From Azolla caroliniana (lineage: Eukaryota > Plantae > Polypodiophyta): a stretch of 64,000 bases of DNA. The DNA lies in contig JBHGNT010000012.1 in NCBI GenBank assembly GCA_043228905.1, positions 11,222,001 through 11,286,000 on the forward strand. Direction: 5' to 3'. Of this stretch, positions 12,421 through 25,970 are shown one piece after another (position 1 is the first letter of the stretch; each line of letters opens with the position of its first letter). The notes under the pieces were generated by a model that saw nothing but the letters and a program-made list of their open reading frames with translations, searched no databases and was not told the origin of the DNA. The translations under genes were made by a program, and so were the position numbers.

Positions 12421-14649
12421 CTTCCGGATTCGCATTCAGCCGAATCGGACTTAGACGAATAGCTTCCCTCCGGGTCGGCGTCCTTCCGGGTTTCGGTTTG
12501 GTCGGGCCCTGTTGATCAGCTCCCATCCGGGTCAGCTTTTGTTCGGGTCAGAATACCAACCACGGCATCTTCCATCCGGATTTTCTTCCGGTTCTTCCTT
12601 TCTTGCCGCTCCCTGGCTCTTCATCAAACTCTATTGTAGCTTTGTTCTTGGCCTCCTTGTTGGCCACTGTTCCTCTGTATGTGATGGCTTTGACCCTCAT
12701 CTCCTCGCCGCCACCTTCCATCTCTCCGGTCTTATGTTGGCTCTCGTGCACAATTGCCATAGTCTCTGAAACCGGTCCTTTGATTTCTTGCTGTCACCTT
12801 CCTTCTCTCTGGTCTCACGTTGGCACTCGGGCACAACTGCCGATGTCTCAGGAACAATTTTCGGGAGAACCTCGGCACCATCGGTCACGGTTGACTCATC
12901 CATAGCCATCGTTCCCTCAATGTTATTATTCGCATTGCCTCCAATCTTTGCTTCCGCACCACTTTCCGTCTGTTGGGTCTCATGTTGGCTCTCGGACGCA
13001 ACTGCCCAAGACTCTAGATCAAGTGTTGGGAATGTCTCGACATGGTCATCCGCTGTGGACTCGTCCATAGGCATCTCCGATTCAATGTCGTTCCTCATGG
13101 CTACCGCCTCAATCACGTCAGCATCGCACTCTTTATCTCCCTTGATCACGCAAGCTTTGCTCATGCTTGCACCTTCATCACTCGATATTTTAGACACAAC
13201 GTGTGTTCCGAAATGCTCGTCCACCCTTAAAGCGACAATTCCCACTCTCTAGTCTTCGGTCTTTCTCGTCGTTGTGTGTAGTCGCATCCCGTCCTCCTTT
13301 CACCATCCCTCATGGGTTGTGTTGTTGCCGAAGAGAATCTCATCTTCCTCTTATCATGTAGTTGGCATACTCTTTCCACTTTTCTCCAATCCTCGGTGAG
13401 GCCATTTGCACGATAATCTTCTTCAATTCTGAGTCTAATGGCCATCCTTTCCCTTCGATTGATCGACTTCACGAACAACAAGACCTTATCCAACCCCACG
13501 AATCTTTGTTCCTGCTCCGAAAATTGAGAAACATGACGCTCGAAGTCTAGGAATGCTTGTGTCGCACCTTGGTGGGTCTTCACCGATGCCACTCACTGGT
13601 CGAACTCACGCCGACCTTGTCCCTTCGGTCTCTCGTAGCCATATGCCTTCAATAGAGCCTTCGTGAAAGTGATCCACGAATCATGAGCTTCTCGAAGCTC
13701 TTTTACCTCTTTGTAGATCGGTTCAGCCACCACCCGACACAAGTACTCCATCCTCATAGTTTCATTCACACCCCTTGAATCCATCTCCGCATTGTAGGTG
13801 TCTAGAAAACTTTGGACTATGCCCCCGTCGAAATAGCCGACTCGCTCGACCACGCTTTCGACGGCTTCTTGGGCCGCATCTCGTCTTTTACCTTCTCTCG
13901 AAATTTCCATCATCATTTTCGACATTGCCTTCATGAGATATTCCTCGTCCATCTTCATCCTCCCCTGCCGCTCTTCATGTCGGGTTCACCAAATGATGTC
14001 GCGAAGATGCGTGTGCGTGCGTGCATCACTTGAGCGGGACCACCGGGGTCTCGGACCGTGGAGAACGTTCGTGAAATTGTCGAAAAGATGACAATGTGTA
14101 TGTAGGAATCGAGGAAACTAATGTCACACTTGAGAAGACCGAAGATTTTTTATACTTGAGAAGAAGATAGATGTCAAGAAGAGTATTATATTATTATTGA
14201 TGATGATGATGATGATGATGATGATCTCCAAATTGTCCCCTTTACACAAACCTTACGAGGGTTTTTATAGGTCTATCCATGATTCTAACATGCACAAAAC
14301 CATGGGCTTGGACCCATGGTTTTTGGGCACACGGTGTTTCTTGTGGCATGCACAAAACCATGGGCTTGGAACATGGTTTTGTGCACATGATTTTGTACGG
14401 TTGTTTTCCTATGCCTTTTGAATATGAAAAGAAATACAAAACATTTAACGTACTTGGTAGTAGCCCTAATGTTAAGATAAATGTCTCCTATCTTGGAGGT
14501 GCAAGGTTCAAATCTTGCTTGCACCCCTCTATATGCACTCAAATGCCACTAGGCCCTAAGATCTTTTTCATATTTATAATCTTTTGTGTAATGTCCATGG
14601 AATTACACTATTTCACAATTTCTCCCATTGGACATGTAGCATCACGACA
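12421..14649 (-). mobile_element. 5' part of a tRNA-Trp-primed LTR element: LTR 13997-14649, PBS 13974-13991, gag-like ORFs 13958-13227 and an acidic ORF
   Basis: LTR termini TGTCGTG...CGCGACA. PBS TGGTGAACCCGACATGAA. Gag-like FDG...FL..Y...W..F..ALL pattern. The LTR start truncates a Gypsy protease at 14650. Confidence 0.75.
14198..14226 (+). repeat. (GAT)n microsatellite inside LTR
   Basis: Direct reading of the sequence. Confidence 0.9.
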
Positions 14650-17600
14650 TCACTTCGCTAATGACATTCATGCCTGAACAACCATTGATAATGCATCCGG
14701 GAACTTCGTGACCTCGTATGATGAGTTGTATGACTGGATTTTGTGAATCGATCAAAGGAGGTCCCGATGTCGGGGTCGTGAGGTTTACGGATGGTTGCAA
14801 CGGATCTCGATTTGTGAGGGAATGGACCTTCTCCTTGAAGCGAGGTAACATGTGGAGCAATTAATGCAATGACATTGAGATTTGGGAGTCCGTGTAGAAA
14901 GTAGCGTGCGGAAGCAGGCATGAAGACAGAACAGAGGAAGGAAACACAGGTTTAATGGAGAGCTTGGACTTACACGGTATACACGGGAGAGACAGAGAGA
15001 GAAACACAAAAACTATATTTCACAATAATACTCAATCTCTGTGTACATAAGACGTGCTCAGTGAACACTTTTATACAAGTCCTGGAAGGACTGACCGAAG
15101 TACTGACAATACTTCAATGCTCATTAAGAGCTCCTACACTAACTCCCAAATATATTCCTCACGGAATATCTTTCCTAACGACCTCCCGGTTTACGCACTC
15201 GGCCTAACCGATCGGTCCTAGCCGATCCAGTCCTCGGCTTCTTCAGCCAATCTGGCCGATGTTGAACTTGTCTCTCAACACTCCCCCTCAAGCTCAACTT
15301 GAGGCTCTTCGGGATCTTCACAGCACCGGTTCCTCCTGGCTTCTCGCCTCGCTCACGCTCCTCGACCTGTTCGACTCTGCGCACTTCGACCCTTCCGGTC
15401 GGCTTGTCTGCTCATGTGGCCCTCATCAGCTCTTCTGTTGTTGCGGTGTTGACGCTTCTTCTGTTGCCTTTTCTTCCGCCTAGGCCTCGGTTGATTCAGC
15501 CTGTCTGAATCAAACATCCGAACCGACTCGGCTACCTCCGATCGGTTTTCGCTCTCGTCTGAGTTGGCTGTCTCCAACTCGTCTTCGGTTTTCTCGCCCT
15601 CGATGGCGTCATCTCCCCTATCCGTGGTTGGCTTCGGCTCTCTCCTTCGGCTGCTCCCCTTCTGTCCGCTTCCTAACTTTTCCGCGGGTCCGCCCTCAGC
15701 TTCTTCAGTCGATCCGTCTTCAACCGAGTCAACAAACGAGTCAACCGACTCGGTGTCATGGTCACCGCTCCTTTTCTGTTGCCTTGCTTGGTTGTTCGGG
15801 ACTGTTCTCCCCCTCAAGTTTGGCACGTCGAGGTGACGCAATCCGAGTGCACCTGAGAATTGCTGCAACTTGTCCAGACCAAGAGGCTTGGTGAAGATGT
15901 CGGCAGTCTGCCGATCCGTCGGCGCGTACTGAAGTTCGATTTCACCGGAAAGGACACGCTCACGGACGAAATGGTAGTGCACCTCAATGTGCTTGGTCTG
16001 TGCCTGGAAAACGGGGTTTTTCGCGAGCTGGATGCTGCTGAGGTTGTCGCAGTAGATCGTCGTCGGATCTGACACCTCCTCTTGCAGGTCCCTAAGTAGC
16101 CGCTTCAACCATATGGCTTCACATGTTGCGACAGCCGCTCCTCGGTACTCAGCTTCGGTGTTCGGCAGTGCAATTGTCAGCTGCTTCTTACTGCTCCACG
16201 TGATTGCGGCACTCCCAAGGGAGAACGCGTATCTGGACGTGGATCGGCGATCGGCGGCGTTGCCAGCCCAATCAGCATCGGTGTAGCCGACTAACTGCAC
16301 CGATGCACCGGTCCGATATAGCACTCCCCGGTCCTTAGTGTCGTTGACATACCGAAGTATGCGTTGCACACACTGAAGGTGCTCCTCTGTAGGTCACGCC
16401 ATGAACTGACTGATCACTCCGACTGGATAACTGAGGTCGGGTTGGGTGATTGTCAAGTATATGAGGCTTCCGACAATTTGTCGGAACCTCGTCGGGTCGC
16501 ATACCTTTCTCGTATCGGGACGAAGCTTGACGGTTCTGTCCAGAGGAGTCGAGACGGACTTACAGTCGGCCATCCCGAATTTGAAGAGCATACTCAGCAC
16601 GTAGTGACGTTGGCTGATCAATATTCCTTCGGGGGTACGGATCACTTCGATCCCAAGGAAGTAATGAAGGTCCCCCAGATCCTTCATGTCGAACGATGCC
16701 GCAAGTTGGAGCTTCACGCGGTCGATTTCACCTAGGTCGGCGTTGATGATGACCAAGTCATCAACATATAGTAAAATACTAACCGGTCCAAGTCGACCTT
16801 TCCGGATGAATAGGGAAGAGTCCGATTTTGACGTGACGAAGCCCATCCGACGCAATTGTTGCGTGATCTTTGCGTTCCAGGCAGGCGGGGCTTGCTTCAG
16901 TCCGTAAAGGGACTTCTTCAATCGGCAGACTGTTGAGGAGCTCGTTCCGGAGTGAAATCCGGGGGGCTGTACCATGTATACTTGTTCCTCAAGGTCACCT
17001 TGCAGAAACGCATTCTTTACATCCATCTGATGTAAGTGCCACCCCTTGGCCGCAACTACTGCGAGCAAAACACGGACGGTCGTCATTTTCGCGACCGGCG
17101 CAAACGTCTCATCGTAGTCGATGTCGTGTTTCTGCGCGTAGCCCTTTGCCACTAGTCGAGCCTTGTACCGGTTGACCGAGCCATCGGTGTTGTACTTGAA
17201 CTTGTACACCCACCTACACCCGATCCGTTTTACCCCTTTTGGCGTGTCAACCAGGTCCCAGGTCTCGTTCTCCGCTAATGCGTGCATCTCTTCCTCCATC
17301 GCGGCACGCCAATTTGCGTCTTTAGCCGCTGTTGCGTAGCTCTCCGGCTCACGCACTTCCGCTACACGGGTCATGTACACATAATGATGCGCCATGTACT
17401 CGTTGTATCTGAACTGCACAACTGGGTTCTTCTTGCGGGTAGATCGGCGTAATCTCACATTAGCCGATGTTGAGGCCTTCTCGGTCGACGCGGTCTTCAA
17501 CTTTAAAAACCCGTCACCGGTTCCCTCAGAGTCGGACTCGCGTCGGTCTGACTCGTTCCTTTCCGTGCCAGAATCTGACACCTTCTTCTTCCCTTTCTCT

Positions 17601-20600
17601 TTGCGCGTAAGCCGTCTCCTCGGCTTCCTGCGCGGGGAATGCACGGCCGAGTCTCCACTACTCGCCGGCTCTTCATCGGACTGGTCGTACCGACTCAGTC
17701 GTCCAATCGGTCCACTTAACCGTAGTGAAATTGGACTATCTTCGTAGGTCTCGATTTCGGGCTCATCCGGAGGCATCTCGGCCTCGCTGACCTCATCGTC
17801 TGAGCTCGGATTGGAGTCGAGGTTCGTAGTCGGGGGCAGGTACCAGGACGCGGACTCGTCAAACACAACGTCGCGGCTGACACGCGCTTGTTTGGTGCGA
17901 GGGTTATAGCACTTATAACCCTTCTGCTCGTCCGAGTAACCGACCAAGATGCATTTCTCGGCCTTTGCGTCTAGCTTCCTCCTTTTCTCCTTTGGTACAT
18001 GCACATACGCAATGCTACCGAACACCCTCAAGTGTCGCAAGTTCGGCTTCGTTCCGAAATATAGCTCGTGCGCCGACACTTTGTCTCCAATCCGGTTCTG
18101 GATGTATACCGCGGTCCTTACCGCCTCGGCCCAATAGAACTTGGGCAAGCTCTTCTCCTCCAGCATTGCCCGTGCCGCTTCCACAATCGACCGATTCTTC
18201 CTCTCGGCCATGCCGTTCTGCTCTGGCGTGTATCTACAATTGAATTCGCGTCGAATTCCCATTTGTTGTAGATAACCGTTGAATTGACCGGAAAATTACT
18301 CTTTCCCGCCATCCAACCGCAGACACTTGATCTTCCGTCCCGTTTCGGATTCCACAAACCCTTTGAGGTCCTGGAAACAGTCGAAGACTTCGCTCTTCCT
18401 CTCAATGAGGTAGATCCACGTGTGCCGCGTGTGGTCGTCGATGAAGGAGACGAAATATCGGCTCCTGCCAAGACTAACATTTTGTTCTGGCCCCCATACA
18501 TCGGAGTGTATAAGGTCGAGCTTGTTCCGGCTCTGATTTCGCTCATTGGGGCAGGGAAGTCAGTGTTGCTTCCCGAGCTGGCAGGCTTCACAAATTTGTG
18601 CCTTTCGGCCACTAAATTTGGGCAAACCGAACACTACCTATTTCATTTGCAGATCTTGAAGCCGCTGGTAGTTGACGTGGCCTATCCGCTTGTGCCACAA
18701 GTCGATGTCCGACTCGGTCTTTTGTCCCTTCGTGAACATTGCGGTGCCGCCGTCAGTGGAGTCGAGGATGAACATCCTCCCGTCTCTGCGCCCTTGCGCA
18801 ATCACACGGCCTTCTTCCTCAATGAAGCACCCGAGGTGTGTAAACCGAACCTCCATCCCTTGGTCGACGATCTGTCCGACCGAGACCAAGTTCTTCGTGA
18901 TTGTCGGAACGTGCAACACGTTCTTGAGTTTCCCTTTCTGCCCGACATGGCTAAGGGGAACTTCTCTGACATTCGCGATCAGATAGGGAGTGTCGTCTCC
19001 TGTTGCGACTACTCTAGGTTGTATCGGTTTTTCAAGGTACGAGAACCACTCCTTATGGCTCGTCATGTGGTTTGACGCGCCGGAGTCTACGTACCACACC
19101 TCGTTCGATCTCGGGGTGCTCTGTTTCATTTGCTTCGTGTCTCGTCACGAAGACAGACCCTTCTCCGGCTCTCCTGGAGTCTTCAGCGTAGTGCGATCGC
19201 TGCCGATTTCCCTTGTCGGTATGTCTGGAGCCGTTCCCGGAACCAGTTCTCTCCAAATCGGCGCGCTTCTTCCAGCACTCACTTTCCCTGTGGCCTTTCT
19301 TGCCATAGTACCAGCACTCCGCGATGGACTTCCCTTGCCGGTTCTCATCGCTTTAACTCCCCCTGTTTCCGGAGTGTCCGAAGTTGCTGTTGGCATCACT
19401 TCGGTGCCTTCTTTCTTGATCTTGTCGGCCGCCTCCATTGCGTGCCGACTCGCCTCGTCCTCCACGTCCACGGGGCCCATCTCCCTCCGTGTACAGCATT
19501 CTGTTGTCGGTGTGCGTGCTTGTAGATGCACCCGCGTGGTTCTCCTCTACCAGGAGCATCGACTGTAAGTCAAAAAAGGACGGTGTATTCTCCCGGGTAC
19601 ACACAGCCGTTTGGAATGCTCCGAACTTCGACGCCAAACCTCCGAGACAGATCTGGACCATCTCGCTCTCCTCGATGTTCACCTCTATGGAGGCGAGGGA
19701 CTCGTAGATATCCTTGATCTTCGAGGTATAGTCCGCCACCGACAAGTCGCGTTGTCGTAGGTTGCTCAACTCCTGTCGGAGCTGAAGCTTCCTGGCTGGG
19801 GTGCTCGCGGCGAAAATCTTCTTCAAATTTTCCCACGCACCCTTCGGCGTCTTTGCATCCCGAACATAGCTCAATAGTTGTTCGCCCACACACGACGTGA
19901 AACAGTATAGTACCCTGCTCGCTGATTGCTCCCACGATGGGAAGTCTCTGTGTGTCGATTCGGGTGCCGCGTCATTACCTCCTTCGACATAACTCTAGTA
20001 GCCGTGCCCGAGCAGGTACTGGTGCATCTTGTAGGACCAACACGCGTAGTTGGTTCTGTTGGAAGCGAGCTCGCCATGCCTCTATCCATCGTTCTTCTTG
20101 TTCTTCTTCGTCAAGTTGTGTCGGCTGTAGAGAGGTTCTCAACCCTCGCGCTCTGATACCATGTAGAAAGTAGCGTGCAGAAGCAGGTATGAAGATAGAA
20201 CAGAGGAAGGAAACACAGGTTTAATGGAGAGCTTGGACTTACACGGTATACGCGGGAGAGACAGAGAGAGAAACACAAAAACTATATTTCACAATAATAC
20301 TCAATCTCTGTGTACATAAGACGTGCTCAGTGAACACTTTTATACAAGTCCTGGAAGGACTAACCGAAGTACTGACAATGCTTCAATGCTCATTAAGAGC
20401 TCCTACACTAACTCCCAAATATATTCCTCACGGAATATCTTTCCTAACGACCTCCCGTTTTACGCACTCGGCCTAACCGATCGGTCCTAGCCGATCTGGT
20501 CCTCGGCTTCTTCAGCCGATCTGGCCGATGTTGAGCTTGTCTCTCAACAGTCCGTGAGTGCATGCCACCCGGGATCGGTATCAGTATGATCAGTAGAGCT

Positions 20601-22100
20601 AGGTCGATCCGAGTGTGCGGTTTGTTGTTGGTCGTGTTTCCGTTCATTGGATTCCGTTATGTCGGCTTTCATACGGTCTATGTTGGCATTATTGGCTGCA
20701 TTTACCCAGTCCTTAGCCTGTTGCCGAACAGAGTCCTAGATGTCCCACTGTGATTGCTGTGTGGACTTACTACATGTGGTCACCTGTTGCACGTCGACTG
20801 TGATCATGTTTATTGCTGGTGCTTTGCACCTATTGTTGGTGGGGCACTCGTTGGCGTAGTGGTCTAGTTGATTGCACTTAAAGCAGATGATGGGTGTTGA
20901 GGTATTGGGGTCGCCGTGCTCGAAGTGGGTTTGTGGTGGATTTGTTGGTTGATCTTCTCATCCTTGTGGGGAATATTCCTGTTGAGGGTTGCCCCGAGCC
21001 TCTATTGGGGGGTTGCGCCAGTTATTGTCGCGTTGATTATTGCGGCGACGAATGTCAAAGTGTCGGTGATTGCTGAAATTTCGGAAACCGCGATTATTTC
21101 GGAAGCCACGATAATTCCATGGGGCATCGTGGCCGTAATCCCTGCAGCAATGGTGGTGATCCTGATGATAGTGCCAGTGCTCGTTCATGTGGTGTGGTTG
21201 ATTGGGGTAGCAACATGGCTTAGAACGATATTGGTTTTCCTGATTGTAACACGTTGTAATGTGGTCGGTTTTCTTCCCACGGCCGTGTCGCCTCTCTGTT
21301 TGGTGGGGGTGATTGCGCTTGATTGGGAGAATGCTCAATTTGGTGAACTAGGGCCATGTTCGTTCAGATCAGCATGTTATATTCGCACTGCTCTACCATA
21401 TGGACCCGTGAATGGCAGATAGGGCAATGTGGTCGTGAAGGACAATCAAGGGCGGAGTGCCCAGATCTGGCACATACCGTGCATTGTAGCACTTGCTAGA
21501 ACTGCGTTTCCTCAGTCGTTCGTAAGGCAGTTTGAAGCGTGCCTAGGATGAATGAATTGCAATGATGTGCCCTATCGGTCGCAAGAATGCGGCCAATTAC
21601 TTGCTCGATGGTTTGTTGTGAAAAATATGTCAGAGCCAACGTTGTGCGTAAAGGCTCACAGAGGTTGGCCATAAACGTATCCTTTAGATGGTTTGCTGAG
21701 ACATCCAGTGCTAGTTGGCGGTAGAGATCTTGAAATCGGAAAACAAACTGGGATACAGTTTCGTTGGGTGCTTATGTGATTGTGTAAAATTGTCGAAGCA
21801 ATTCCTATTTGGAAATCTCTCGGTGGAATAATTCCAGAAACAACGTGCAAACATCGTGGAATGTGGTGAACTCCCCCGAATCGTGCCGAGAATACCAGCG
21901 TGCAGCTAGGCCGTTGAGGGAGAGAGTGAATTCGACGATTTTTGAGGTCAGTACTTCTGTTGGGAGCCGTGCTGTTGACTGGGATTACCACCATGTGAGT
22001 TCGTTGTGCTACACAATGTGAAAGTGTGAAATTGTGTTGCCTTCCTCTCCAGAGGTGACACCTTCGATTCCTAACCGGAATCGGACCAAAGGACTGTGGT
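14650..22100 (-). mobile_element. Decayed Gypsy gag-protease remnant (14650-14892 plus 20555-~22100), split by the Copia insertion
   Basis: Protease-like GHEVPGCIINGCSGMNVISE; knuckle CFKCNQLDHYANEC (~20845-20890); HSALDC..HCPICHSRVHMVEQC (~21385-21460). Confidence 0.75.
14893..20549 (-). mobile_element. Full-length Ty1/Copia element (5' LTR 20162-20549, 3' LTR 14893-15280)
   Basis: TSD GTCCG (14888-14892 and 20550-20554), PBS TGGTATCAGAG (20151-20161), PPT and near-identical LTRs. Gag, protease WYVDSGASNHM, GAG-pre-integrase, integrase TPEQNG, RT YVDD and RNase H are present with a few stops and frameshifts. Confidence 0.98.
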
Positions 22101-22539
22101 ACATGGTGGTCAGATCGCTTTTACGAAATGGAATGACATCCTACAGATTACGTAAGAAGACACCTCAGCTATGCATACACGATAGGGAGAGATAGGTTAC
22201 TTAACAATTATTAAAAGCGAACAATGACACAGAATAGACCCAACACTGTTTAGATTACGGAATGAGTAGTGATTACAGTTACACAACTAACTGTTTAGAT
22301 ACATTGTAGTAGGATTAATCCCCCATATATCTCCCCTTTTTTTCCTTCGATCTGATGCTCCTTATATAGATGTTCCTTGGCGCGCTCCTTCTCCTTCCAC
22401 GTTTTCGGCTATGTTTATTTTGGCTGCTTCTGATTGCTTTTGGTTGTTTACCTACTGCTACCTAATTTCTATTGCAATTCTCATATGTTACTATTTTGAC
22501 CCACAGACAACAAACCCTATCAGGACAACACTATCCTAG

Positions 22540-23264
22540 ATTGTATTACACTACCTCCACCCCCGATCGAACTTGAAGATGCACCCCAAGTACGAGGTTG
22601 CTGCCATCCTCGATTCCAAGATGGTTCGCAACAAGCTCTATTATTTAGTCGATTGACTACGATATAGTCCAAGTGAGCGTACTTGGGAACCAATGATGAA
22701 TTTGGCGAATGCTCAAGCTCTTCTTAAAGACTTCCATCGTCAATATCCAGACAAACCAAGTCCTCAATCAAAGATGACTCGTAACACTCGTCTTTAAAAG
22801 GGGGGATAGTGTCATGATACGGCATGGTATGTCTCCAAAAGGATTTGAACCCATGACCTTGTGTTACATGGGTTGAATCCTTACCATTAAACCATCATGC
22901 ATTATAACATAAAAAATATTATTTTCATTTATTATTGCACTATAGAAAATTCATGTATATTCTAGATTACTCTAGAACAGTTTAGAAACTTCAAGAGTAC
23001 TCATGACAATACTATTAATAGAGGCACATGACATTATTTAGAACCAATTCGGTTCAACGCTAGTCTTAAGCCTCCTAGCTATGCTTGTATCTTTCTTCAT
23101 ATAATATACTTCTTGTTTTCATCATTCTCTCTCTCTACTCTCTCCCTCTCTCTCTCTTCCCCTCTTGTGTTTCTCACATACTCTTTCCCTTCTTAGTACT
23201 AATCCTCATTCTTCTCCTCTATCTTTAGTACTAATTCTCCTTGCCTCTAGTACTATCCTTGATA
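22540..23264 (+). mobile_element. 3' fragment of a Tcn1-like relative: chromodomain, PPT and LTR (22810-23264)
   Basis: Homologous to 11700-12415 (YEVAAILDSK...TWEP; GGGGGATAG TGTCATGATA). Confidence 0.9.
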
Positions 23265-23529
23265 GGAGGTAGTCAAGCTCGGAGCCCACTAGAGTCATCT
23301 TTAGCAGATTATTTTTAACCCCTTTTGTGTTGATTCATAGTTGTTTTTGAATGTTGAGGATCAAACTCAATTTCCTGTGTGTGGGAACACGCTTTAGGAT
23401 ACTCAAGTGTGTGAACACCCCACCTCCTTGTATAGTAACTAGTGTGTCATAGAAGTTAATGTTCTATAACACATATTCTTTAGGTAGTTAAGACACTACC
23501 TCTTTCCCGAGAGGCAGTACTAGTAATGG

Positions 23530-24837
23530 GCATGAGGATAGAGCGAAATCGGACGACCAAAACTCTCCGACTCTCCTAGTCTGAATACATCTGCAAGGTG
23601 CTGAAGCGCTTCAACATGGAGAATGCAAAGCCAACACCGACATCGCTTCCGACGTCGATCGGACTATCGGACAGAGACTCTCCTGCAACGGACAAGGAGA
23701 GAGAGCTTAATGGAAAGATACCCTATGCATCGGTAGTAGGAAGTATCATGTACGCAATGGTGGCGACCCGACCCAACATAGCCTATGTTGTAGGGGTGGT
23801 CAGTCGGTACATGTCAAACCCAGGAAAGAAGCATTGGGAGGCCATCAAGCACATCCTTAGGTATCTAAAAGGAACCCTGGATGCACAGCTGACTTTCGGA
23901 CTGACAACCTTAGCCAAAGTCGAAGGCTACACCGATTCCAACTACGCTGGAAACACAGATAATCGAAAATCGACATCAGGCTACATCTTCACCTATAGTG
24001 GTGGTGTGATATCATGGAGGTCGAAACTTCAAGAGTGCACGACTCTGTTTACCACAAAAGCCGAGTACATAGTAGCATCGGAAGCAGCGAAGGAAGCGAT
24101 CTAGCTGCACCGACTGACTGTCGACTTCGGAACTGCAAACTGAAACGACCGACCAACACCGACCATCTATTGCAACTCACAAAGTGCAATACACCTCATA
24201 AACAATCCCTTCTATCATGTGAAGACGAAGCACATTGAGGTGCGGTATCATCATATCCGGGAGCTCGTGAGCGAGAAGAAACTTGAAATCCGGAAGATTG
24301 ACACTGAGTGAACATCGTCAATTGCCTGATGAAGCCACTCCCAGATCAACACTTCGCAACACTAAGGACGAAGATGGAGCTACGACAAGCGACCGAGCAG
24401 AAGAAAGCCGAGTTAGGAGCAGAAGGTAAGAGTTGACCAACACTCATACTATACCTCTGCCGACTCGGCTACTTGCCAACAGACTTGTGTAATCTAGGTT
24501 TAGGGGGGAGATAACCCCAAGCACTTGTACATGCAAGAAAGAGTAGTCCTTTTACAAGGGAGTTTGTTGGCATAAAAGGACGACTCCTTCCAATTTGTAT
24601 CTGTCCAAGTGTGAACTCGTTGATAAGTTAGGGCTTAGTATATAAGCGAATACCTAACATTGTAATGACTGATGACGAGAAGAGTATTGTATCTCTGAGA
24701 GAGAACGAAGAAATAAGAAGCTTTCCATTAAAGCTCGATCTACTGTCTAAGTCTCGATTCACTGTATTTTCTATGTGTGTTGTTTTCTGTGCATAAGTGT
24801 ACAGGTCCGCAAACGTTTTCCCCATACGTATACATAC

Positions 24838-24882
<45 letters not shown>

Positions 24883-25090
24883 GATCCACAGGGTTTTCCA
24901 CGTAAACATCATGTGTATGCTCTATCGTTGATTTTGTGTGTACGTGCGTTCACCTCCTACTTCCCATTTCTGTGTTTGATTCTCATAGAAGTGATTCAAG
25001 ACTTGGTTGTGGCCGGGCAATATTCCGCGTCATTACTCTTTAGTAAGAATATCTATTCCATGACTGGTTGATCTCCTTCATATTAACAAG
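23530..25090 (+). mobile_element. Decayed Copia RT/RNase H fragment of a different lineage, with a probable LTR from ~24564
   Basis: IPYASVVGSIMYAMVATRP, YTDSNYAG, KTKHIEVRYH; AAGGGAGTT followed by TGTTGG. The LTR end is uncertain. Confidence 0.8.
24828..24880 (+). repeat. (TACA)n(TA)n microsatellite
   Basis: Direct reading of the sequence. Confidence 0.9.
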
Positions 25091-25319
25091 GGAGATCAAC
25101 CCTTTTTATACATGTAGTGATGCATGATAAGCATGCTCATACCAAGTCTTACATACTATAATATCAAGCATACTAATTCTCGCATGCTGATTCTTACATA
25201 TTGAGTCTTACATACTTAGTCTTACATATCACTCTTTATACAAAGGTTTAAAGTCTAAGGTTTGTCTAGGAGAAATATATATATACAAGGACCTAAGGCT
25301 AAATATCGAGTCGATGTTC

Positions 25320-25970
25320 ATGACACTATCGGATCAATATGAGCTTTGATGAGGAAGAATGCTTTTCGTGAATAGCATGGAGCTTCTCCCAGGAGGTAAA
25401 TGTCGTCATCTCTTTGGCCATGCTAAAGTTGATGTTCTCGGCCAGAGGCATTCGAATGGTTGACCTGGCTATTTCATCCGGTGGGTGCCATTCGTCTATT
25501 GTCATCGAGGTTAGCTTGTTATTGTGTCGTATTGCCAAGATTTGACGTCGGATGATCAGTACATCCTTCATCATCTCCTTCCATAGGAAAAAGTTCTTGC
25601 CATCAAACTTTCAGATTTCTACTCTTGTACCGAATGTAGAGGCCATGACCTGGTCTTTTCCTTCAGCTAAGATTTTCTGACCTGCTCCTTTCCTTCAGCT
25701 GATTCTTCTCTCATCAGGTTTGTGTTGTTGTTGCCGCTAGACTGCAAGTCGCTCTGATACCAAATGTTGTAATGGTTAGTGGTGAAACGTGATCAAGGAT
25801 CTGTCAATCAATCTAGCAAACAACATTAATAATGAAGAAGGTTTGCACTGTGATGAGAATCAAGAAGAAGATGAAAGTAGAAAGTTGCACGAAGAGAGAG
25901 AGACAGATGTGCTAAAAAAAGGGACTGCCTTACATTAACCTTCGAATCTCGCTTTACAAGGTAAGTCTGA
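25320..25970 (-). mobile_element. Copia 5' fragment: LTR end, tRNA-Met PBS (25752-25762) and gag N-terminus
   Basis: TGGTATCAGAGC on the minus strand; KFDGKNFFLWKEMMKDVL...ARSTIRM..A...WEKL gag pattern. Confidence 0.8.

Noticed and set aside
14197-14421. Poly-Met ORF
   Set aside because: Artefact of the (GAT)n microsatellite.
18284-19568. Long antisense ORFs over Copia pol (also 57901-58922 and 63124-63600)
   Set aside because: Shadow frames of GC-rich pol or repeat sequence with no independent motifs.
22070-22090. Possible tRNA-Tyr PBS (TGGTCCGA, minus strand) for the Gypsy remnant
   Set aside because: Only ~8 nt match and no clear adjacent LTR end.
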